Shown one piece after another: positions 1 through 12,000 of a stretch of 64,000 bases of DNA. The notes under the pieces were generated by a model. That model searched no databases, was not told the DNA's origin, and saw only the letters and a list, made by a program, of their open reading frames with translations. A program made the position numbers and the translations under genes. The stretch is from assembly GCA_002633005.1 (NCBI GenBank), contig NMRA01000069.1, positions 698,858 through 762,857 of the forward strand. The letters are read 5' to 3'. The DNA is from Phoronis australis. Lineage: Eukaryota > Animalia > Phoronida. The stretch's first letter is position 1, and each line of letters starts with the position of its first letter.

Positions 1-3000
1 AGAACCAACATTCATTATTCATGTGTTGCTGTGGACTGCACTATGTATTTGTGAGTAATTTTCCCACCACCAGGTAGAGATCTTCAGTATGGTGTTGGGA
101 AAGCTATCGTCAAATTGATGGAGTTATCGGCTACTAATTGAGTTATCAATGTATGTTTTTATGTTTTAAACTTATTTTAAAGATAAACAGAATGCTGTTT
201 TTTTTGAAAAGACTGATGTTTGTTATTTTTTAATCATCTCTATGTACCTTATGAAGAACGCTCTTCAATGCATAAAACAGCATCACCATCCTGCTCACTG
301 TGCACTGACAGAGCTTTCTGTTTGCAGATTGGAAATCTCAGCAGTTCATACGTTTCCAGAGAAATTTTGTCCCATACTGATCTCAAGTTATCGTCTGCTG
401 AAACGAAGAGCATTTTCAAAGCTTTCCAGGTAACATTTATCGCTGTTGCTGAGAAGTCGTCCAAAAATAATTTCACTGCAATCACTGGGTATGTGGATTT
501 CTACAGTTTCGTCAATGGCTAACAAAGTATGAGGGGGAAATCTCTCCTGGCTTAGGTTAATAACCCATGTATTCATTGTGCCAAAGACAAAATAATTCTC
601 AGTTAAACTCGTGAGTGAATTCATAAAATATGTAAACATGACAATTAAAAAAGGTTATCATGTTCTCTTTTAGTTTGGTTAGATGAACAATTCATATCAC
701 TCCTTCCACACGTGCGAAAAATTCAGAAACAAGAGTGACCTACTTGAATATGACATGCTGAACCCCTCTTTTGTAATACCAATTGTGGTTGGCTGTTTTT
801 CATTTAAAGGCCAATCTTAGCTTATTTTTGATGCCAGTAAGGATTCTGACAATATAAAACAACAACACTAGGTGGTTGTAGTGTCATATACTGGCAATGC
901 TCACAGGAAGGCTAGATCTTATTAATACTGCGGTTTGCAAGCCTTGATGTGTTTGGCCGTATAGGTTATGAAAGTCAGGCATTAGCATTCCTGCAGAGAC
1001 CCCTAAACACCTCACAATCTACAGTGATTGTGTGGTAGGCCTCTCGTGGGAGTTCCGGCAATTGTCTTGCCTACCTCTAAACAAAGGGTATAATTATACT
1101 TTACTACTATTAATATTATTACAATTATTTGTATCCTCAGCAAACTTACACAATTTTGTAGTCAGATTGTCTGTACGTAATGGTTTTTAACAAGTTATCT
1201 GAGGAGAAATGAACAACAGAAATATCATGCCAAAAATAGGTGGAGGTTGGTGTAAATAGACCAATAGATTTTAAAAGTTGCATTATGATTTCACCACCTC
1301 AAAGCAGTTTTAGGATGTCATTCTTAGATACGTACAGTTGGCGTGGGAAGGGGGTTGACTTCCTACAGCTTCAGAGGCATGGTATCTAATCAATGGCCAG
1401 CTTTTCAACTACTGATGAAACGCGTTACCTTTCCTTGTATTTTCAGGAGTTGGCTTTGCAGAACGAGAACCTGGTCATGGGTTTTATTAAAAACTTCTAT
1501 CAGAAGTTACAAGTGCACACCTATGCAGGTGTGGTCAGCTCTATTCCTGAACCAGTCATCAAGCTTCTTGCTGATCTCTTGAGGTTTTCTTTAGTAAGTG
1601 CGAACCATGTTGATAAAATGAAAATTATGCAGACGCGGTACTGTGACTCATGGAGTCAGGTCATTGACCTTTGAACTTGGCTCATACTGTGAATCGACTT
1701 TTAAGTGACTTGCGTGTAATTAAACTAGATAAAAGTTTGATTTCTGCCATGACTCATGACTTCAGATTATTGGCTTTACTTGGGACAGTTCTTTATGTAT
1801 GTCCAATGTCCACTAAATGAAGACTTAAATAAAATATTTAAGTCATTGTGACTTTCATTCGATAATCTATAACTAATTTTTGTCAACATGGGAAGTAGGA
1901 GTGCACCAAGTGAGAACTTTTAAAGATTGGAGTGCTTAGTTAGGATGCAGATACTGAAGTAATTAGTACCTGTCACTGACAGGGTTATTGATCATGTAGA
2001 GCACTCAGCCATAATGACAACAGGAAACACAACATGGGGAGGCTTGTGTTGCCTGTTAGCTGTTGGTCTGTGGTAGCAATCTCAGAGGGTGTTCCCCTTA
2101 TTTAAAGATTCAGATACCATAACCATAAAATGACAAATTGTTCCACAATGCTGCCTGTAGAGGAATGCTTCGCTAAGAGCCTTGTGTCAGAGATGTTTGA
2201 ATTTAGATGTTGAATATTTCTGTACCCTAATGTTGGACTGTGGACGGGCACATGTGTACTTTTGGAACGCGTAATATTTGGATTATTATGCAGAATGTCG
2301 TGATTACACTTTTTATTTTAGGAACCTCTCTCACACAATATCATGTGGCTGAGACTGTTGTCAGCGTTGAGTAGCGTCAAGTCTAATGTGCCACTGTTCA
2401 TTGCCAACACAGTGCCAGCAACCGTAATGGGCACAATGGCCGCCAGACCTATGGTAGACTTGGTGCAACAATACGGCTGTGAAATGCTTGCCAACATCGC
2501 GTCTCACACACCGCAAGGGAAGGAGAGGGTAATAAACAAAGAAATTCATTATTTCCTGCTGAATTCATTTTGAAGCTCAAATTAAGCGCCGTGTGTCGGA
2601 GCATGGAACCCCAACTTGGAGATATTTTAGAGGGGAAAGCCAATGTTTTTAGTCTCATGCTGTGAAATTCATTGCAATAACAATTAAGTTATTATGTGAT
2701 TAGTAAGGTTCAGGGGAATTGAAGCCCAGGCAAGTAATAGGCATTTTCACTTCTCAAAGCATGGTTAACTATATCCAGCTGGATTGGAAACAACAGACAT
2801 GCATGCTGAAGCAAGCAAGTAAATGTCATCTGCTCATCTAAAGTGTCAAACAAAATTATTTTGGTAATTGCATATTTTGCATAATTTTGGTAATTGCATA
2901 TTTTGCACTAAACAGCTGCTTTTGATTCTGTTACAAATAACACAAAAGTCATTAAATAAATTGTTCAGTTTATGTGCAACTATTCCGACTTCGCACATTG

Positions 3001-6000
3001 TGGCTAAACTTACTGACAGCAAGGCTGGGTCAGAGCTACGTTCAAAAGTCAATTATTTGACCACACTGGTTGAGTACGGGGACTTACTTGGAAGTATAGT
3101 AAAGATAATTTGAACTATGAAATGCTTCTTGTATAAAATTCCCAGTGTTGTTCCCCTGGCTCTTATGATCTACATTAGGCTTGCTGCAGTGGTGATTAAA
3201 TGAATGTGTAATTTATTGTATATCATGCATAAAGGACAAGGAAAATGGTCTTGATATCCATCTCAGGGATTGTAAACTAGGCAAGTCATGCTATTATCAG
3301 CGATTTGAGTGGGTTAGACCATCAAAAGAGCAAAAACTTGCAATTAACAATTAACGTCCTATTGATGGGGTAGCCCTTTCTGAACACCATCAGCGTAAAG
3401 TGTGTGGGCGTGAAACTCGCTTATTGTCTGGTAAGCAGCGGCTTGAGGCTTGGTCAGGAAACTTGACCATCCCAGGTAGATGAGCTGGGTGTTATTGGTG
3501 ATCCACACATATGGCAAAATGATGAAATGTGTCTTTAAGATACTCGGGGACTTTGATTTTAAGAGGAAACAGAGAACCAAAAACTTTGGTCAGGGTTACA
3601 TTTTGCTTTGGGTGATTTCACTGAAGTATCGTGGTACTTCTTAAGTTTTCATTGACTGGGGTGGCACAAGCAAGACAATGATCCCCACCTGCGGAGATGC
3701 ATGCATAGGTAGTCTGTTAGCCCACTGTTTCCACTGTGCTGATGAACTACTAGCCTTTATTCATGAGCGCCCCCTGGTGAATGTAAGGTCTTTCATTGAT
3801 GTGATTTCACGGTTCATGGTGGGTGGCTGAGGAAACGTATAGTAACCATGGTAATTTATTCCCCAGGCACCAGTGCGACATACCGGCATTGAACTGATCG
3901 TCACCGCAATTCGTAACCATGGTAACAACATCGATGTCCTCCATCCTGCATTTCGTTGCTTGGCAAATTTAGCAGATGTTATGACAACGATAGTGGATAG
4001 AATAGAAAGCTCTAAGTACAATGGTAAGAATCTGTAGTTGAGCAGAAATGCTTATTTAGCAAATGGTAGAGATGTCAAAACTTTATCTCTAGACCCTTAT
4101 TTCATTGAAAAATCACTTGTGATTTAGACAACTCAAATTTGATGATGTCTGGGCAGTTAGTCGAAAGAATCTGACACTTTGTTATTGCTTGAGAGGAGAC
4201 TCAAAATGTTGTCATATGTGCCGAACATGTTCTCCAGTATTGCAGCGTGTACGTCTTTCTAATCCCATCTGTTATAGTAGGGCTTTCTCGGATTACAGGG
4301 CAATAGAACTCTCCTTTGTCCTGGAGATTAGAAAGCACGTGACCTCGTTTTGGAAATAAGGCACATTTTTGTGTCTTTCATTGATGCCGGGAAGACAAAG
4401 AATGTCAAATCACGCATCCATGGGTATTTGTCCACCTAATCAAACTCTCTCGCATCAGAGTTTCTGCCCACAGCACAACACTTTGTTGGCTTGGGAAAAA
4501 CTAATAGAGTAATGCAACCGAGAAAAACTCGTAAAGAATGGGATAAGAACAAATAACATGTGAAACTTCAGTGAGATGAAAACGAGGAGCAAATGTGCCT
4601 GATGGATGTTTACAGCATTGTGGGTATTAAATACAGCGAGATTCGATTGTCTCTGTGTAATCCGGGACTGCCTTATTATAGCAATGGATAGAAGTATGCT
4701 GATACTACATCAATGTATTGAGTGGAGTGTGTCTTTCTCTTGTATGACTCGGCTCAGAAGAGTGCCATTGATTATATCTTTCTTAGGCAAGACCATTCAT
4801 GCAATGTGTTTTTCTACTGTGCAAATGAGGAGATTTGAATTTGGGCAGGGCTTGGAATTTTGCTCTTTCAAGAGGATTTCCTCTTTTTTGGTTTCAAAAT
4901 CCTCGTTTTTGATTACCAGTTTCCTCTTGTGCGTCTCTTTTTATAATTATTTTGACTTTATTAATGCAAAACAATTATTACACTTAAATTTTACATCACA
5001 AACTTATTTATTTGTGGAACGATGCACACGTTTAAAATTTTCCTCTTTTTTGTCATTGGTCATGCCAAGCCCTGTTTGGGATATTAATGGTTTTTCCCCT
5101 CCGCAGAATTTCAATCGACGGTCGTGCTGCGGAACTGCAACTCCCTCTTGAATTGCCTTCGAAAAGAGACCTTACCAGTTGCGGAGAGTGTGCTGCTCAG
5201 ATTTCGCCATGACGGGGCCATCAGCAAGGAAACCAAGAGGCTAATCGGACATTTGTCCATTGAGAGTGACAAGGCTCAGTAAGCAAATGCAGTAATTAGT
5301 GGTTCTGTAACGTTTTGTTGACTGTGCACAGTGAAGGCCACTGCGAACATTTCACATTTAGAGAGGGCTGTTTTCAAATGCAGATATCAATCTGGGCCTG
5401 GAGTCGCATCTTTTTACTTGAAATCGAACTTTAAATTATTTTTGACATTTTTGGCTTGAATGATGCTTGAGTACATAATGGCTTGCATGATGCTTGAGTA
5501 CATAATGGCTTGCATGATGCTTGAGTGCATAATGGCTTGAATGATGCTTGAGTACATAAAGGCTTGCATGAAAATTTTTCTAATCATAGTTTGCACTTGA
5601 TGACAACAGCATTGAGGCAAAAAGTTTGAGTTTGAACTCATATTTTGAAATTTTCTTCGAGTTTGTTGCTCAAATCTTGGGGTCATTGATTGTGAACTTG
5701 CAGTAGAAACTCACAAGCATAAACTGTAATGTACTGAAGCACAATGCCACGTTTTTCCCTGTGTGTGGGTGGGCACACAGTGTTACAGACCGGTGCTAAT
5801 AACTTTCGGTACGACGATAGACAGACTGGTTCGAGTTAATCCTTTAAATAATCTCCACCGTACATTCACATTCCTACTCAAACAAAATGTCCAACGTAAT
5901 GTCTATCTTATGCTCCAGCCAGTGCTGTGAAGCCTTGACTTGTGATATTAAACAGATATTTCCAGCAACTGTTACACTCATTAATTCAATAACCTTCTGT

Positions 6001-9000
6001 CTCTATAGCTGGCTCTGTATTGACTATCGCTGTAAGTGCTGATTCTCTTCAGTGCAACTCAGCTGTAACCCTCTCAACTGTTGAACTGTTAACTCCAACT
6101 GCTGAACTCTTGAACTGCTTAACTTACTAATACAAACCCGTGCTTGTGTATTTATAGGCTAATGCATTGTTCTAGAACTTTGACCAATTCAAGCACATTC
6201 TAGAACTTTCTGGAATCTACCCAATGACAACATATACTAGTCTCTAGAATATTCCAGAAGTCATTAATCACTGTCATACTAGAGTCTTCTAGAAAGTTAC
6301 ACACTAATCTGTAGTAAACAAATTACATCATCACTGTGCTGACCTCAGGGGTCATGCCAATCAATAACACAAACAGAACAATAACACAAAGTAAAACTAA
6401 GAACAGTGTCAGTCGAAATTCAGACACACAGAATAATAGACTTATCTTGAGTTTGCACAAAAGTAAAATACAAAAGACAAAAAATAATTTCAGGCTCGGG
6501 TTGGAGTACAAAACCTGGGTCCTAATTGTTTTTGTTGCAGTACAACATCACATAAACTGATACATGTACCAATTATCTACCAAAGAGTTTCTATAATTGA
6601 GGTCATAGCTCATGTGCAATTTGCTCTGCTTCACCCAAAGTGAATTTAGACCTGTTCAGTATTCTGGATATTGCCATGGGTAGGCGCTAGTGGTTCTGGT
6701 ATGTAATTGACAAAGTATCTGGGAACGTAGTGTTTTTATTGTAGTACTTGAATATCAGAAAGCTGAATAATGATAAGCGATGCAAATCTGAAAGCTGCGT
6801 TAGCTAGAATTCACGTTTCGTACATCAAAACTGCACGAATGTCTGTCAAATAGAAACAGGCTGGTGCTGTGAACAAGTACTAGGTGGAGTTACTGTGACC
6901 AAACACTAGATGTAGCCACTTGGGGGTCAAGGTAAACTTTCATTTATGTCGGTTGCTCTCTTTTGTTGAAGGCGGAAGAAGATAGTGCCAATTGTATTGG
7001 AGAGTCCCTTCAATGAACGAGGGCTTGCAGGCAGTATACTCAAAAAGAGGGCAGTCAATGACAAAAGGAAGAAATCTGTGCAATTTACATCCTCTACTCA
7101 AGGTATGATTATACAATTCATGTGTTCAATAGATTTTGCATTTCTTAAATTAATTAAAAATGCTCTTAGTTTGTGCACTGACTAAGTTTTACTAATAACT
7201 TGCAAGGTCTGTGTGTTTGGGGGATCCAAAATTTTGTAAACTCCAAAGTTTTACAAGTTAATTTGAGATCCACAAAGGCATAAGTTGTTTTGTCTGTATG
7301 TAAAAAAACTAGTTATATTTAGAGTAAATGTTTCAATAAATTAATATATTAGGATGGTGCTCATGATTTTTATGCACCCATATAATTATTTATATTTATG
7401 TGTGGACGAATTATGCTGTCATCCCTGTCCATCTCCCGGCGTCCACTGATCTATTTACAAAAACCTTTGATGTCTGTTCATGAAATTTTGCACGTGTTCC
7501 CTTCATAGACGGGATGGCATGAGTGAACTTTTGGAAGGACCCAACTGCTGGTGTGCCCCCTAGTGGCAATTTTAGTTTTAATTTATGTTTACCTTGTACC
7601 TTACAAGGTAATCAGTGGATTTTCATTATGTATGGTGGCAAATAGGCATCCGTTTTCGGATGGATTTGAGGTATTTTGTGCCACGTAGTGGCCATTTTTA
7701 TTGTTTTCAAGTCTGTGTCAGCACCTCAATCAACCAAACCACTCTGAAGACGGTTGTGAAAATTGGCATTATATGTTGCTGCTGTGGAGAGGAGAGCTGA
7801 TGATGACTTTCCAATGACTTGACTCCTGTGGCGCCTCCTAGTGGCAGTTTTGTTTTTTTTTGCAGCCATGGCTGCATTTCCTATAGCCTCTGCAGGATCT
7901 TTATTGTCAAGTGTATTTTTATGAAGATTACTAGTAACGACGACTTATGGACGGATCCAACGAATGTTGTGCTCTCTAATGACAATTTCATTTTTTCTGT
8001 TTTCCTAGGTTTCTCTGTAGTTCCTTGACGGATTTTTATGAAATTTGGCAAATAGCATTCTATGAAAAAGAATCAATGACATGTTCCCATTTTTTGATGG
8101 ATTTAATGTATTGTGTGCCATCTAGTGGATATCTTTTCTGTTTTCTAGTCCGTTTTTGGTGTCTGTCCTTCTATCAACCAAATGATAGATTGGGAAATAA
8201 GTGTTTATATTTCCACTTTGAAGCAGACGGCTGTCGGGGATTTTGGGACGGCTCCTCCTAGTGGCAGTTTTTTGCAGTATCTCCAAAACCCTCTGTAGGG
8301 TTTTTATTAAATTTGGCAAGCGTATTTATATGAAGTTGATAACGGACAATGACGACATTTTAATGGATTTGACAACTGTGCCCCCTAGTGGCAACTTTAT
8401 TTTTTTCATGGTCCTCTGTATCTCTGAACTACTTGGCAGATTTTTATGAAGTTTAATAATTAAGTTCTGTTTTCAGTCAGATTAGATCTTTAGCTGCTTT
8501 TTTATTATCATCAAGTTATGGAAATAGGTTTCTATTAAGGAGATGACGACGCCTTCTCATTTTGGAAAGATTTGACATATTCTGTGCCACTCAGTGTCCA
8601 TTTTAAAAATTTTGGAATAAGTTTTTGACATCACCCTCTCCATCCAACAAACCAGTAAAGGACCATTTTCAAAATTTGGGGATGTGTTCTTGATGAGAAG
8701 ACCGATGATGACGTTAATTTTCGGACATGTTCAACTACTTTTGCATCCCTTAGTGGCTGTTTTTTACTATAGCTGTGCCCCCTATTGGAAAGTTCATTTT
8801 TACGTTTGCCCCTGTAACTTCAGAGTTCTGTGATGCTTTTTCTTGAAATTGGGCAAACATTTTTCTGTTGTGGAGATGACAGCACCTTTCCTTTCGATGT
8901 ATTCTGTATCAACTAGTGGCCGTTTTAATTATTTTTTGGTCTGTTTTTTGTCATGTGCTTCTGTATCTGCCAAACTGTGCAGAGGATCATTATGAAAATT

Positions 9001-12000
9001 GGCATATGTGTTTCTACTGACAGGAGCGTGACTGACATGGATTTTCAAGTCCGACTACTGTGGTGCCCTCCAGTGATATTTTTTCGCATTTACAACTCTA
9101 TCTCCTAAACCCCTAGCAAGAGGTTTTTGAAATTTTGCAGCAGACGGACAGATTCCAGTGCCGCTGTGGTTCCTATTGGCCAGTTTTGATACAAATAAAC
9201 ACCCCTAGAAGCACACCGTTTACATTTTAGTCATAGCAGTATTTCAATACTCTGCCTTGCTCTTCTTGATTGATGAGATATCATGATTTTCAGGAATTGG
9301 TTTAGTACTCCATCTTCTAATTGACTTAACTTATTTTTTGTGAAGATTTTGATTTGATTGCGCCAAAGGCTATACTGCTGTTGGCTGGTTGGGGATTAGG
9401 CTGGTTCTTTGGCAGAACACCAGATGGCGATTCTGCAACATGACAAGGTGTGTTTTGTATTTTAAGATAATCAGTTAGTTTCATTAAATCTTTTTGGTTT
9501 GCGGAATTGGGCCTTTTTGAAAATGAACGGAGCAGTCTTAATTATTGTTGAACGTTAAGTATTTGTTTTTTGTGTTTCAGGCGGCTCCCCATCTTCATCA
9601 GACACAGAACACGAAACGGTCTATACAGAAATTGAGATCGAAGAGGGCCTGGAAAATACCGAAGCCAGTGTCCCAGATGAACCTCTTGTTGACAAAATTA
9701 TGCGGTCACCTGAGGAGGTGAACAGTTCTGCGAATGCAGAGGAGGGGGAAATAGCAGTTTATTGTGAAAAGGAACAACAGAGCAATGTGTCAGTCTTGTC
9801 ATGTGAACTTGATTTAGACGATAGTGTTCAAGCTGAGAATAGTGTATCTGAGTTGCTAGCCAACTCAGCTGAACACCCACAAAATGAAGTGAGTCCAGTT
9901 GTGGTTGGCCTTGAATCTCACCAGATAGAACATTCAATTAACCCTGAAGGTATTGGTGATACACGTGTTTTACCTGGGGAACCAGTAACATCTGAAGATG
10001 CTACCTCTAAGTTAGATTTTAAGACTGACAGCCAAGTGGATACAGTCGTTTGTAGTCATGGTGACAGTTGTCAAGTTATTGAAGCGGATACAGGTATTAG
10101 TAGTCATGGGGACAATTCCCAGGTGGTTGATGAGCAGCATGGTAGTGTTCATGATGCGCCAGATGGTGGAAAAACAGCTGGTGCTGCCAATGATGGCGAT
10201 GCCAGCCATGTTCCTCAGACTGGGTATTATGGTGAACAAGTGTATGGTTCTCATGGCAACAGTTATGGCTATGATTACTATGATTACGATTACTATGACG
10301 ACGAAGCGGAGCAAGTGCCCATTCATCTGTCAGAGCTGACAGAATCAATGAAGGTCAGGAAACGAATCTGGGGCGGAAACACTGAGGAAAATGTTTACAC
10401 TCACCGCGTAGACAGCATGCTTCGTACATGGAAGGTACTGGCACTGCAAGTCAGCGAGCTGGCATTGAAGAAAAGTGAACAAACAAAGAGTGTTGGTGGT
10501 GATGATGGTGAAAATACTGAAGATAGCGATGATGAAAACGATGGCTATTCCTCTCTTATGGAAAGCGTGGATATGGCACCAGTTTCATTTACAGGTACAG
10601 AAGGGATATTTACAAACATTTCTGGTGTTGTCTACTCAAACAGTTTGATGAGATTTCCAGACAGGGACGGAAAGAGCTCAGGAGAGCAAACAGAAACTAT
10701 TGCAGAAACACTCGAAAACGATCAACAGGGTCAGGAGTCTGATGAGGGAGTGTTAGCAGAGGGTAGCAGTGATTTAGCAGACAATATGGATGAGTCACAT
10801 GGTACAAGTCCTCCTATAGTAAATGTTGGTTTTGAAGAGCCTTCTGGAACTATTGATTGTGAAAAAGGCAGTAACAGGACCAGTGTCCTAGAATTTGATG
10901 CTATGCTTGCAAGGAACTTGAAGTATGCCAGTAATTTATCATTAGATTCTGCATCATTAGTTTTTACTGCAGCTAATGATACTGCGGTAAAATCTCCCGA
11001 TGTTGATGATTCTCAGAACTTTGATCGTGTAACTGTCGATGCATCCCACCATGATAAAAGCAAAAGAATCATGTCCCTGACTGTAGAGAATGCAGATGCG
11101 ACTGATAATGACAAAACCATGCCTGTGCCCGATAAAGACGTCCAAGATAAAACATTGTCGGGAGGTAGAGATTTTGAGGAAATCTTTAAAGCTAACTTAA
11201 GCAAATCTGCAAAACAATCTGCAAAAGTCAAGACCAATGGTAAAAAAAAGAAAAACAAACTTGGAAAGATTTTCAGTAAACTGAAAGGGAAAAGGAAGAC
11301 AAAAGATAAGCAGACTGATTCACCAGTTGATTCTGTGTCGTCTGCTACTCAAGATAATAATATATCTAAAGAAAAAACAATAGGTGGCGCTTCAACTGAT
11401 GCAAGTGTTCCTGATGATGCTAATTCTGTCGAAACAAAAAATACTTTCATCACAGATAAATTGTCCAATTCAATTATGAGTGAGTGTAACCATGGCGATT
11501 CCACTGCTTCGTCTTTGCTGGAGGAATCAAGTAACTCTAGACCACGATCAGGTGAGACTGAAGTGCCCACATCCAGTCCGTGCTCGGTGAGCATTCAAAG
11601 TCTGGATGATCAGTTGTCTGCGCAAGAAGCAGAGCTTATGGGAAGCATTGAGCAGTATGTGTTTTCACGTCGCAGTAGTGTACGCAGCTCCATGGGCAGT
11701 GTTACTCTCTCTAGCGTGTCGTTCAGCGAAGATCAAGATGACAAGATTCACATATTGGCTTTGAGGACATTGGTAAGTATATTCTGTCTCTTCAGGAATT
11801 GAGAAATCATTTGTTCACAAACTGCTCTGAGTTGTGGGGTGGCATTCTATACATTACACTATCATTAATAGGTATAGGCCATAGATAAACAAACATCAGT
11901 TGGCAAAAATTGATGGATCTCTTATAGTTGATGCCTAGGGAAAGTTTGAGGCAGGTACTTACATTGGGATTTTTATAAATGTCACTGTCACATATTTGTC

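Noticed and set aside
328-429. Alternative acceptor TTTGCAG at 327 for gene A exon 2
   Set aside because: It gives phase 0, but the upstream donor at 51 is phase 1; the acceptor at 280 restores the frame.
4606-5151. 181-aa hydrophobic ORF
   Set aside because: It runs across a dispersed repeat, a MITE and a real exon in another frame; composition reflects T-rich DNA.
7550-9180. Regularly spaced CTAGTGGC motif resembling a CRISPR array
   Set aside because: The intervening segments are ~145 bp and homologous to each other, there are no cas genes, and the context is a eukaryotic intron.
9700-11802. 700-aa ORF as a stand-alone intronless gene
   Set aside because: The frame is open back to an acceptor at 9580 and has a GTAAGT donor at 11773; it is an internal exon of gene A.
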